From the human T2T-CHM13v2.0 reference genome, Homo sapiens, in NCBI RefSeq assembly GCF_009914755.1, contig NC_060947.1: a stretch of 64,000 nucleotides of DNA; one strand, 5' to 3'. This document shows, one piece after another, positions 1 to 12,170 of this stretch. The notes under the pieces were generated by a model. The model ran no database searches, was not told the DNA's origin, and worked only from the letters and a program-made list of their open reading frames with translations. The translations under genes and the position numbers were made by a program. Within the stretch, counting starts at the first letter, position 1; every line of letters starts with the position of its first letter.

Positions 1-249
1 TAAATGATGAAGCATAATGAAGCACACAGAGAAGGGATTATCAATATTACTGCTTCATTAAAACCCATCTCTAATATTTCATGTCTTTAGAGGAATAATC
101 TAAATTTAAAGTTCAGATTGATAGCGAATAAAGAATAGTTATATCGGGATGGAAAGCACCTGCCATCTAACAACAACAAAAAAAGAAATCATGCCTAAGC
201 TCTACCTGAAAATAGCTGCTTATATTGAATGAACATTCACAAATAATAA

Positions 250-604
<355 letters not shown>

Positions 605-633
605 ACACTTCTTATAATTCTTTTTTCACATTG

Positions 634-666
634 TATTTATTTATTTATTTATTTATTTATTTATTA
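634..666. repeat. (TTTA)n microsatellite
   Basis: Direct tattt/attt array. Confidence 0.9.
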
Positions 667-1024
667 TCATAAAGAATAAAAGAGCACTTACCCAGATCTT
701 TAAAATATGTGTGGCTCATAAAGAGGGAGACATATACTCTAACTCACTTTATGATGTTGGGGGCCAGACTGGCCTACAACTTGAAGAAAAAAAAAGGATG
801 TTCACACAGACTATATTTAGCATACTTTATGAGGAGAAAGATAAAAACAACAATTATCACAGATACGAAGTTAAGGACATAGCTCTAAGGTTAGCTTTAA
901 AAAAAAACTCAGGAAAACACATATTAATAAGAAATAAAAATGTGATTTTAAAAATTCCAATTTTTTTCAGTGTTACCAAAGCCACTCTGTTGTTTCTTTT
1001 TCCCAAAATCTCTACTGGCAGTGT

Positions 1025-1140
1025 ACAGATTATTATCCCACATAACAAAATGAGGCAGCTGAAGCCCAGGGAGAGGGAATGGCTTGCAAAATCAACAGAT
1101 ATCTAATAAAAGAACAGCTCTAGAACCCTATTCTTCTTAG
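1025..1140 (-). mobile_element. MIR fragment
   Basis: tattatcccacataacaaaatgaggcagctgaagcccagggagagg resembles the MIR core on the reverse strand. Confidence 0.65.
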
Positions 1141-1344
1141 AAGCAGAATTATCTAATTCTCTATTCAGAAAAGAGATCTCAGAAAAAAGGTTCTTGTTGG
1201 TAAAGAGTACACGGGCCTAAGAAGCCCAATTCCCTACTGCAACTGCCTCTCAAAGTCTTAGCAGTCTCCTGTTTTTAATTTCTGAAGTTCTCAGGAGGTT
1301 CTAAAAAATCTTAACCATTTTTCTACTCTTCCACACAGAAGTAG

Positions 1345-2139
1345 TGATACAGGAGTGCTGAGAAGGGAAATCCGCGGTCACTTTAAATGATATGGAAAGG
1401 AGAAGGGAAGTGCTGGGTAGAGGAGGGTGTGGTCCCTGGCTAGGGCTCCACCCTCATGGACCTAGGTGAGGATAGGCATTTTCTGCCCAAATCTTGCATT
1501 TCCCGAGACCACCCTGGCCTGCCACGCCTATAAAAAAAAAACCCTGAGACCGTAGCAGGCAGACATAGGTGGCCGGACATCAAAAGGAGCATATCAGTGG
1601 AAGAAAACACAAACACGCTGGGGGAAAGAGCATATGGACAGACGCAGGCAGGCTGGCAGACCGGCGGGAGGAGGCAGAGTTTAGCCCGGACAATCGGAGG
1701 AGAGCCGGGGTCACAGAGCAGCCCAACTCCAGGGGAAGACCATCTGCCTTCTGGCTCTTCTATCTGCTGAGAGCTACTTCCACTCAATAAAACTGTACAC
1801 TCATTCTCCAAGCCCAGGTGTGATCTGATTATTCTGGTACACCAAGGCAAGAACCTGGGATACAGAAAACCCTCTGTCCTTGCGACAAGGTAGAGGGTCT
1901 AACTGAGCTTGTCAACACAAGCTGCCTGTAGATGGCAAACTAAAAGAGAACCCTGTAACACATGCCCACTGGGGCTTCAGCTGTAAACATTCACTCCTAG
2001 ACTCTGCCGTGGGGTCGGAGCCCCATAGCCTGTCTGTCTGTATGCTACTCTAGAGGTTTGAGCAGCGGAGCACTGAAGAAGCGAGCCACATCCCCACTGC
2101 ACGCCCTGTGAGAGGGATGAAGGAACCTTTCCCTTTTCA
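1345..2139 (+). mobile_element. Solo ERV1 LTR, LTR1 family
   Basis: TG...CA termini (tgatacaggagtgctg...cccttttca); TATA-like ctataaaa ~1528; AATAAA ~1786; 4-bp TSD gtag/ctag; matches recalled LTR1 consensus. Confidence 0.85.
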
Positions 2140-2768
2140 CTAGACTAAAAAACACACATTTTGTGCTCGTGTTCCCAAAGAGGGACCATGTGTGTATGTT
2201 CCCCTTTATTACTGCCTCAGTACTAGTTTTTTGAACTCAGTCCCTGTCTTTCTCTTTATTTTCCCTTCAATTCTTCTCAACCCAGAGGTAATTTAAACCT
2301 TCATTTGGTTCAGCAATATAGCCCTTTGTCTCTCATTCTTTAATCTGCCATTTTTAAATTAAATAGAGTTAAAAAATAACAATGTACTTGTTTTTGGAAT
2401 ATCACTTGCCTGGATAGTTAGGTTACATATTTTGAATAAATTTCAAGCTTTAGAAAATTCTCAGGACCTAAAAGAGACCACATTTATATGGCATATTAAT
2501 ACAGTAACCATATAGTTCTTAACTGATAAACTTTTGAGAGTTAAAGAGGGTGTTAATCAGACAGGATGTGGAAGCAATAGGCGTAAACTCGGACTGTCAA
2601 TCTACATGGAAATGAAAATAAAACAGCAAGAACATATTTAGACAGACTCCTTATGGTACATGTTCATCATCTTACTTTGGGACCTGGACCCCTTCAAGTA
2701 TTTGAGGAAAGCTATGGACATTCTTCTCAGAAGACTGCAGGCAGGCTTATACAGACAACATTTTAGAG

Positions 2769-2989
2769 TAGAGATAGACAAACTAAAGCACATAGGCCAA
2801 ATCCAGTTCACTGCTCGTTTTGGTAAATGTTATTTTATTGGGACATAGCAACACCATTGGTTTATGAATTGTTTATGGTTCGCTTGCACTACAGTGGCAG
2901 AGTTGGGTAGTTGCAACAGAGACTCTATAGGTGGCAAAGCTGAAAATATGTACTATCTGGCCCTATACAGAAAAAGTTTGCTGACTCTT
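2769..2989 (+). mobile_element. MER58A-like hAT-Charlie DNA transposon relic
   Basis: ggccaaatccag...gcagagttgggtagttgcaacagagact...tactatctggccctatacagaaaaagtttgctgac. Confidence 0.8.
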
Positions 2990-3129
2990 ACTTTAGAGAA
3001 TTATTTTAGTTATTTATAACAAATACTGGACTAACACTAAAAATGTGAAGCCTAATTAATTAAATGGAAAGTCATAAAGTAAGGTTAAAAAAACAATTTC
3101 CCAAGTACAAAAATGAGAAGACATCCTAA

Positions 3130-3440
3130 AAACCTGTGGAGTTCAGTTGACAACAAGATCTGTATGAGCCAAACAGCATGTTACCTTCATCTACACAAAT
3201 AACATCTTAGTGCTTTTTTTAAAAATGTACTACAACATTATAGATTTGATCTGAGTTTGGATCTGACTTCAGATCAAATCTACAATGTCATTGTACATTT
3301 TTAAAATAGCATTAATAAACAGAGGCAACCAGAGATATGTAGCTGGGTAGGTAAAATATCTGTTCCTATATTGCATGAGGAACTGTGGAAATCGTCTTCA
3401 AATATTTGAGAGGGCCAGCATGTGCAGAAAAGACTAGAAT
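3130..3440 (+). mobile_element. L3/CR1 LINE remnant
   Basis: gttgacaacaagatctgtatgagccaaacag and gtcttcaaatatttgagaggg resemble CR1/L3 3' ORF motifs. Confidence 0.5.
3207..3315. repeat. Imperfect inverted repeat, ~47-bp arms, 14-nt loop
   Basis: tagatttgatctga (3241-3254) is the exact reverse complement of tcagatcaaatcta (3269-3282); arms extend to ttagtgc/gcattaa. Confidence 0.9.
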
Positions 3441-4126
3441 GGAAAGGTGAACTAAACTAGATGAAGAAAAGCATGTGCCACCAATTTTTCAGCCTGACTT
3501 CTGACTCAAAAGTTGTGTGATCCTACATATTAAGTAAATAGATAATGGGACTGACATCATGTTTCCTCTTGGAGTTTAGGATATCCACTAACTACAAGCT
3601 ATCTTTGTAAATACCCTAAAGCTATACACTCTTAGTTCTGTGACATGTACAATTATTTTCCGTTAAAACAGTGCAAGTTAGCGAAGAGGAGAAGAAAAGA
3701 AAAGAGAGAGAGAAACAGTTTTATTTTAAGTGTATTAGAAAGAAAGGGGCCTTAGATTAAGTCTTTCTCACTACAGATTTCTTGGCAGCAAATAAAAAAT
3801 TGGTGGAACATGTTTTTCATCATTATAAGCCCATATTTCATCCAGTTACCTAGATAGAACATTCCCCACTGTTTTTCATGTGAGAGATATAATAATGAGT
3901 GCAGATTAGTTACAGTATATGATATTTCAACATAGTCACCAGTAACACAGGGGCTGCTAAGTGACTAATGATAAAAATTCTGGCAATGTTATTTAGGAAT
4001 TTATAGACAAAAATCATAATCTTAAAAGAAGATATCTATATTATTTATTTTTAAAAAGCTTTCAGTAACTTGAAAAGTCAAGGTTCATAATACCCTTAGA
4101 TTCAAACATCATAGCAGAATCCCTAT

Positions 4127-4451
4127 AGTCATCCCTTGATATCCATGGAGAACTAGTTTTGGGACCTTCTTCAGATACCAAAATTTGTGGATGCTCAAGT
4201 CCCTGATAAAATGGTGTAGTTTTTGCATATAATCTGTGCATATCCTCCCAAATACTTTAAATAAACTCTAGATTACTTACAATACCTAATACAATGTAAA
4301 TGCTACGTAAATAGTTGTTATACTGTATTTTTAGAAAATAATAAGGACAAAAAGTATGTGCAGTACAGATATAACTTTTTGAGAATATTTTTGATCAGTG
4401 TGGTTGGTTGGATCCACAAATGTGGAACCCATAGATATGGAAGGCTGACTG
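4127..4451 (+). mobile_element. MER2 (TcMar-Tigger non-autonomous element)
   Basis: tagtcatcccttgatatccatgg...gatgctcaagtccct...aatacctaatacaatgtaaatgcta...ggaaggctgactg terminal inverted repeats. Confidence 0.88.
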
Positions 4452-4854
4452 CATTTCATATAGTCCCAAATGTATGTATGAGTAACAGTTCAATTTTGAG
4501 CCATCTGTATGTGGATGACGTCTATAATGTGCTCATATATGTCCTATTGCTTGAAAATGATTCTATTTGGAATCAAACATTGCTGGAACCTCAGAATTAA
4601 ATGCTCTAGCCAGCATGAAGACAATGTTCCCTGCTACCATTTTCTTTGAAGGTGTATGGCCTGGCCCAGCTCTGCCATTTTATATCATCAGGTTTGTCAT
4701 GCATTCACTATTAAACAAGAGAGTTTACTAGTCTCAATTCCTGCCTAGTAAAAGAAAAATCAAACATTAAACATTAAAAAAATTTACACTTAATTGACTA
4801 AAAAATAAAATAACTCCTTTTAAATAAAACTACTAAATCTGCAAAGTCAAATAA

Positions 4855-4950
4855 CTGAGTTTATATATTATTTTAATAATATATAAGACTATTATATATA
4901 CTTTATTATATATTATATATGTATTATATATTATATATTTATTTATACAT
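4855..4950. repeat. AT-rich low-complexity (TA/TTA) tract
   Basis: tattatatat arrays. Confidence 0.8.
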
Positions 4951-4989
4951 AAAACACTTGCTTTAAAATGTGTGCAAGATTTAAATAAA

Positions 4990-5502
4990 GTTGTTATGGT
5001 AAAATGTGCGGACACAAAAATGACTGTCATGAAGAAAGAAATTTTTATACTGACAGATTTCTCAGAACAAGAGACATACCAAGCCACACTGAGGGAAAGC
5101 ATCAGTGTAGTCAAGAGGCAGAGGAAGCAAGAGGTAAATGTGGCCAAGAGTCCTTCTTGTGATTCCTATGTGAAGAACCAGGCAAGGCAGGGTAAGCAGG
5201 TTAGGATTGGCTAGTTTGAATAATTTCAGAAGGCTCTGGGGCATAGGGGCTGTCTGTCTGGTATCTGGCCTTGAGGTGATTAGGACAAGTAATAGAGACC
5301 CAGAGTGTGAGATCACTGTGAAAGCTCAGATAAAAATGATGGCTGGTGTATAGGCTCTAGATTGATTGGTTTGCATATGAAAGGCACACTCACAGGCAAG
5401 TTATTTACTATCTCTAGGATTTGGCTAACCCTGAGAGGTGCAGTCTTTCCTGAATCAACAAGCCTCCAGATGTCAAAGCATCAGAAACACATGGTTAATA
5501 CA
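4990..5502 (-). mobile_element. ERVL-class solo LTR (MER74/MER88/MER54 group)
   Basis: Reverse strand begins tgtattaaccatg...tgatgctttgacatct...ttagccaaatcctagagatagtaaa...ctttcatatgcaaaccaatcaatc, as recalled for this group; exact subfamily uncertain. Confidence 0.7.
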
Positions 5503-5504
5503 CA

Positions 5505-5960
5505 TTCTTGTAATTAAACAAGTTGAATTTACTTCTCATTGCAACAAAGGATATCACATACCATAGAGAAAAATGGGATGTCTCAGTAAGAGGGTATTAG
5601 AATATATTACAGGATTTGGGTTTTGGTTGGGTGATTTGGGAAAGTGTCTAAGGAAGTGGGGGTTTGCTTTATATTAGATGTCAGCAGAAAGCAGGACAGA
5701 GGGAATTATATGACGGGTTATCCCAGTAAATCTTACCTATAGGCAGGAGAGGGACCTATACAAATACATAAAGCTGTAGTAAAAGAGTATCAGTCATCAA
5801 TTTTTCTGAGAGAGAGCGTGCTTGGTATTTTGTGAGAGGTACAGTGAATTTTACTTTGTCTGGGCTTAGACTAAATTTTGAAGTGGGCTTGCTTTGTTTT
5901 ATTTAACTGTGTCTGAATTTGGAATTCTGTTAAAATTGTTTATGTCTAATAGAAGATATT
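5505..5960 (-). mobile_element. Old LTR relic (ERV1-like, subfamily uncertain)
   Basis: ttgtaattaaacaagttg...gtctcagtaagagggtattag...gggtgatttggg resembles ancient ERV LTR consensus. Confidence 0.5.
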
Positions 5961-6351
5961 GCAGAAAAGTATATACAGTGTGTGATGGGATTATAGATTA
6001 TTTCTGTTTATTCATCATACCTTAATACCTGTCTTAATTTTATTTCAATCCCTAAGAGTGAGCATGAATTACTTTTATAGTCAGAATGATTATTTTAAAT
6101 AACAAAATAAATGTAAAATTGAAGCAATTGTGAACACAGGGTGGTACTATGTAATAAGACTTTCTAGATAATTTTTCAATATGTTAATACTTCATTTGGT
6201 ATCTTGTATGGCAAGCTTGGGTTAGGCAGAATGAAGTCAGAGCAAATATAGGCCATGTTTCACAAAATTATCTTTTGGAGCAAACACAGCATAATTGCTT
6301 ATAAAGAAAATCACCTTGTAATAAGAGTCTTTTTTTTCCTAATGAAAGAAG

Positions 6352-6387
<36 letters not shown>

Positions 6388-6885
6388 ATGTATATATGTG
6401 TATATATGTATATATGTGTATGTGTATATATGTATGTATATATACATATATAGTCTATGTATATATGTGTGTGATTTTTATATATACATACATTAACTCT
6501 TATAAGATATTAAGATGTAATTATAAGATATTACATCTTATTATAAGATACAATAAGATTTATTTTTTCTAATGTAAAATATATGTATTTATGTATAAAA
6601 TAATATATGTATTATGTATAAAATACTAATACATATATGTGTAAAATATGTATATATGTATTTTATACATGTATATGTATATAAAATACATAGATGTATA
6701 TACATATGTATAAAACACATACATGTATATACATATACGTATAAAAACATATATACATATATACATATACGTATAAAAACATATATACATATATACATAT
6801 ACGTATAAAAACATATATACATATATACATATATTTTTACATGTGTTTATATATGTACATAAAATACATTTTATATAAATGTATA
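6352..6885. repeat. Compound (TA)n/(TG)n/(TACA)n microsatellite with ~32-bp tandem unit
   Basis: atatacatatacgtataaaaacatatatacat repeated ~3 times at ~6727-6830. Confidence 0.92.
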
Positions 6886-7052
6886 AATCCTCACAACTAC
6901 AGGAAATGAGTTCTTATTATCCCCTTAATGCAGATGAAGAAACTTAAGTCTACAAAATTTAGGTAATTTGCCCTAATCAAACAGCTAGTAAATGCTAGAG
7001 TTAGAATTCAAACTTGGATTCTGTGTGGCTCCAAAGACAATGCTTTTTCCAC
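6886..7052 (-). mobile_element. MIR
   Basis: aatcctcacaac...cagatgaagaaact...acagctagtaaatg...ggctccaaag. Confidence 0.8.
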
Positions 7053-7149
7053 GATATAATTTCATACAAATGTAAGAACCTGTTTCTGCAAAGTATGATT
7101 TTATTTTTCAAACCATTTTTATATAAGTGATGTTATCCAAACTACTCCT

Positions 7150-7325
7150 TCAATATTCCCAACAATTGTTTCCTAAAAATAAGCATGGGAGGCATTATCC
7201 TCAATTGACAGATTAGGAATTTATGACCCAGGAAAGTACCCACCCAAGGTCTCACAGAAAAACAGTTGATAGGGCCAAGACTCTATAGGTGTGTTTTGTG
7301 CTTTAGGCATTTAAACCATGCTGCC
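7150..7325 (-). mobile_element. MIR fragment
   Basis: ggcattatcctcaattgacagattaggaa...cccaaggtctcacag. Confidence 0.55.
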
Positions 7326-7929
7326 TAACAAAGAAAGATGATCAATAAAATAAAATAAGGCAAATTGTATGAAATGGCAAAAAGGAAAAACAATTTTAGA
7401 GATAGAAACAGTATGCATGAAATCATTGAAAGAAATCAAGGACAGTAATTTTTGACGTTTTAACATTGGATGAAATATTTTCAAAGAAAAAATATATTCG
7501 TCAAATTTTTAAAAAGCATCAGGTACTGAAAAACACTAAACTTCAATACACTTTCACATTGTGAAAAAAGATGGAGAAAGAAGGAAATGGGCTAGAAACA
7601 AGGGAGAGAAGAAAGAAATAACAAACACACAAAGTAAGGAGAAAAGAAAAGGGAGCAATATTTGCCCATCGAGGAAAATGAAAACAAGGACCATTTGGTT
7701 GAAGTTACTGGGTGAAGAGTGCCTTTTGTTCAAGAAAGAATGATTTAATTAATATTTCAATAACAAAAATTGTCCAACAGTAAACTCCTAATTGCTTAAT
7801 TCAATGACCTCTTCTGAGTATTCATCAAGCTAAATTTCTCTTCAGCTCTTTTCAATATCTTTGCGATTAACTCTCTTTCCCTTAATTTCCTGTGATAAGG
7901 GACTTTTCTGGGTCTTCTTTGGTGGATCA

Positions 7930-8056
7930 GAGATCTAGCTTCAGCTTTGGCAATAACTTATGCTGTAAACTTGGGCAAACCATTTATCTCTGGATTGAAC
8001 ATCTTCAAAATTAGAATGTTAAAAGTGTATGATTTCTAAAGTTCTTTTCACTTCTA
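7930..8056 (+). mobile_element. MIR3-like fragment
   Basis: aaacttgggcaaaccatttatctctgg...gatttctaaagttcttttcacttcta. Confidence 0.55.
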
Positions 8057-8179
8057 CAGACCACGTTTCTATAATCATCTCCTTTAATGGTAATTTTCCC
8101 CAACCTTAAATAGGCATTTCCTACTAGGCTTTCATATTGTACACTGCAAACTCTCATATAGTCATGAGGAATGGGTTTC

Positions 8180-8920
8180 AAATCTCTTTCACCTTAACTT
8201 TTCTCTCAAGTACCAGACCACTTTATGCAAAACTTTCCACCTGATTTCCCACAAACACTTCAACAAACTCATCTTCTCTGCCAAATTACTGTTTCTCCTG
8301 TATCCCCTTATGTCTCTCCTTCAAGCTGCTTAAAATCAGTATCTCAGAGGCATCTTTCACTCTTCCTTGAACATCCAGTCAGTTAGCAATCTTATAAGAT
8401 CTAACTATGAAAGTCTCTTGTTTTCAATCCATTATCTTTTTGTCTGTTCCCTGGTTTAGTTATTCCTGCTTCCTAGAGTTCAAAACTACTCTAACAGTTT
8501 TCTAATTTGCACTTTCACCCCGGTCACTAGAATTTTCTTCCAAGTCATGCCTCGTTGCTGCAACAGCTAACTCATAATGATGTTCAATGAATTATCACAC
8601 ATAACATACTTAGAATGGTGCCTGTAATATAGTAAGTGTTATAAAAGTACTGGCTATTATTATTATGATCCCCAGTCACAAAAAGCTTTGAAAACTTCTC
8701 CTGACATGTAGAGAAAAATCTATGTTTCTTAGATTAGTATTTAAGGACCATTACCATTTAATATCAACCTACCTTTCTAGTTGTTTTTACCACTATATTT
8801 CACTTGACTGGCTAAATGTTCAATTGCCTGATTTTCACAAATATCACTTTTAAGGAAAATTTCAAGCCTATAACCACTTCACCATTTTGTGCCAAGTGAT
8901 TCCACTTGCCTCCACCTTTC
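8180..8920 (+). mobile_element. L2 remnants with interposed MIR 3' end (~8570-8665)
   Basis: acatccagtcagttagcaa, ctactctaacagttttctaa, tttaaggaccatt (L2-like); cttagaatggtgcctg...tagtaagtg...gctattatt (MIR-like). Confidence 0.55.
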
Positions 8921-9170
8921 CCCACTCTGCCATAGCTATGTGTGTAAGATTAGGCATCATATGTTGAGATCCGTTCTGGCCATCAATACAAGGCATATGA
9001 TTAGTCAGGCTTATGGCTTAGATAAACTTAACCAAAACCTGATTTCCCAGTTAGCAGTAAGAAGAGGAAAAGCCATAATGAATAAGGAAACAGCAGTGAT
9101 CATGATGAGCCATGAGCAAAATGAAGTTAAGTGTGGGCAGAAACTAAGTGAAAGCAGAATTAGTTGATTG

Positions 9171-9330
9171 AGCTCTGCACAGTGGCTTACGCCTGTAATT
9201 TTAGCACTTTGGGAAGCCAGGGTGGGAGAATCACTTGAGCTCAGGAGTTTGAGGCCACAGTGAGCTATGATCGTGCCACTGCACTTCAGCCTGGGTGACA
9301 GAGTGAGATACTGCCTTAAAAAAAAAAGAA
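9171..9330 (+). mobile_element. Monomeric Alu (FRAM-like) with A tail
   Basis: Single ~150-bp monomer; 15-bp TSD agaattagt(t/c)gattg at 9156-9170 and 9331-9345. Confidence 0.88.
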
Positions 9331-9783
9331 AGAATTAGTCGATTGGGATGGAAAACAAAGAAGAAATCAGTTATGCTGAGAGAAAACATCCCATAAGACA
9401 CCAGGACAAACTGGCTCCTTAGAGAATTTGAAAAAAGTAGCTAGATCCTTTGAGCTGTTTCTATTCCAATGACGTCTGTATTTCCGTCTGGATGCAAACA
9501 CCACTCCCTTATTTTTGAGATAATTTAAACAAGTCTCTTTTTCTTGTAGCAAACAAACACCCTCACACTTTAATCTCATTTCTTTCAGAAAGCTCACAAA
9601 GATTTCCTGGGTTAGATTTGAATCTCTTTTTCTACAATGGTTCCACAGGTACTTTGTGTTTAAAATATCATTAATTATACTCACCTTTGCATGAAAGTGG
9701 CATATGTGCAAGTCTCCCTGATTAGATTGGGATAAGCTTTTACTAATGTGGTGCTCTTCCAAGAGCTGATGCTCAGTAAATAA

Positions 9784-10124
9784 CAGTTGGCTCTCTGTCT
9801 CCCTGGGTTCAGCATGTGTAGGTTCAACCAATCACTGATCAAAAGTGTTTTGAAAAATTATGTGCGTCTGTACACAGCAGGTAAAGCCCTTTTTTTCCTG
9901 TCATTATTCTCTGAACAATACAGTGTAACAACTATTAACATAGCCTTTACATTGTATTAGGTATTATAAGTAAGCTAGAGATGATATAAAGTATACGAGA
10001 AAATGCACATAGGTTATATACAAATAGTACACAACATTTTATATTAAGGACTTGAGCATCCAAAAATTTTGATGTCCAAGGGAGGTCCTGGAACCAATCA
10101 GCCACTGATAATGAGGGACAATTG
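9784..10124 (-). mobile_element. MER2
   Basis: tttacattgtattaggtattataagtaa...ggacttgagcatc...ggtcctggaaccaatc; reverse orientation to the copy at 4127. Confidence 0.88.
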
Positions 10125-11759
10125 TACTTAACTGACTAGAAGGCTGCAGTGGACTGAGTTAGTGAATTACCAGTCACTGAGGTGTTTAAGCACAAACCAG
10201 AAAGCTTCCTTTAGAGTCGGTAGAGGGTATGCCTGCACTGAGAGAGTAGACATTGAAGCATACAACTCTTTTTCTACCTAAAGATATTAAGATACGTCCA
10301 CTGAATTAGATTTGTCACTGTAAGAGCAATTATAACAATTCTTTATGAGGGAGCAAGGACCAGATTACTATACTAAAAATCAGAATAATGCATCAGTTTA
10401 AGTTTGCACTGGAATAATCAGAGGTAAAAATCATTGGGCCATAGATTCCTGTCAAGGAACAACATCCAGTAGTAAAAGAATAATAGCCATGGGTCATTTA
10501 CGTGTGAAGGGAGAGAGATAGTTTGGGAAAAATATTAAAATTAGAGATTTTCCAAATAATTATGCAATATTCTGCATTGTATAATTAAAATATTGTCTGC
10601 AGGGATGGGAGGAGTCATTAAGCATTGTATTAACTATTATTAAACAAAAAGCTAGCTTCCTATAAGTAATAACCTTCTTTGATTAAAAAAGTCTAAAGCC
10701 TAATGCTTTTTGAATGCAAATAAAATCACCTTCTTTTGTAAATCGTCAAGAAAATAGCTCATAGCTTTCGTGTTAATTGTTTCCATTGCATTCAAAACAT
10801 GTAAAAGCTGTTTTTACTTTTTCTTCATTTCCCCAAATAGAATACCAGTGTTGTGTCATCTATGGTGCTGAATTTTTTTTATGATCTGTGAAAACCATTG
10901 CTATAGGATACTATCGAATTTTTGCAAGATGTTAAAAAGGGGGTTAGATGTATACAAATTAGGTTCTGTAGGCACACTAGCCAGGATAAAATCACAAGGA
11001 CTATTAATTCTTATGCTTTAGGGCATACACTGATCACCAGCTGCGGTCAGGAAGACATTTTCTTCTTTAATATAGTATTTCACAATTAGGTTCATTGGGT
11101 GTGGGGTGAGGTATGATTTTCAGTGAAGCTTCCAATTTTAGCCACTGTTGGACACAATGCCAGATTTGGTGTCTCATTGGTTGGATCTGTTATGGTTTTA
11201 ATGCTAATTAGACTATGCACTGTGGTATTTTCAAGGATGTAGAGGTTAAAACTGACAACGAAATGACCATGCTTTAGTAATAAATCATTGTCTTTGCAGT
11301 ACATAATTACAGAAAGAGTCCATAACCATATGTGGTTAATATTAAAATGTCTGTGACTAGTTGATGTTATTTTTCCCCAGTTCCTTAATGAGACTGCTAT
11401 ACATAAACTGCCACAGCAAAAATTTAAAAAATAAAAAGTGAAAGCCGCTTAAAAGCATTTGTAGCTGTGAATTGCTATCATCAAATATCTCTAAATTTAA
11501 GACTTCAAGGTTATTTTGTTTACAATATAGCTCCTAAACTATGTAGAGTCTAGAAATCTCAGGGTATATGAATCCTTATTTACAATTAATCCTTATTTAC
11601 AATCTACTGGGTATATGAATCCTTATTTATTACAATTATTAAAAAATAATTTTGAATAAAATCAGTAAAACTGATAATCCACATCATTTTATTCTTCTGC
11701 AACTATTTTGCCTTATTCAAACAGAATTATTTTCAAACTTCATTTTCGTACCTATTTCC

Positions 11760-11900
11760 ATCACTGTGATGGAAAAAGCACTGAATTTGGAGACAATTTG
11801 GTCAGGTCTTGTCCCAATCTCACTGCCAATAAATTTAGGCAAGTTATTAACCTAACTGGGACTTAATTCCTAATTCGTAAAGTGAAGTAATTGGTCTAAT
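11760..11900 (+). mobile_element. MIR
   Basis: gtgatggaaaaagcactgaatttggag...ttaggcaagttattaacct. Confidence 0.65.
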
Positions 11901-12019
11901 ATTATATGAATGAGATTCAGCTCACTACCTCAAGTACCATTTGTGTTTTGGTGGTGTGAATTAGTTACCAGATAGATATCCTACTACCAACGTGGATTTG
12001 GTACTCATCAGCATGTACT

Positions 12020-12170
12020 AGTTTTCAAATAATAGTTTATATCAGAATCTTCTGTTACATTTGTTTAATTTGGAGATTTATGGGCCAAACTCCAGACATG
12101 TTGATTTCTTAAGGCTGAGTTGGGACCAGGGAACTGCATTCTAAACAGAGATACCAACTAATTCTAGGCT
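12020..12170. mobile_element. MER5A-like hAT relic
   Basis: atcagaatc...gggccaaactccaga...gggaccagggaactgcattctaaaca. Confidence 0.55.

Noticed and set aside
1440-1850. ORFs in the GC-richer segment
   Set aside because: They lie within a solo LTR; no gag, pol or env similarity.
6255-6822. Tyr/Ile/Cys-rich ORFs
   Set aside because: Artefacts of TA/TG microsatellites.
9367-9831. 154-aa minus-strand ORF
   Set aside because: Starts inside MER2 with a non-ATG codon; no recognisable domain or exon structure.
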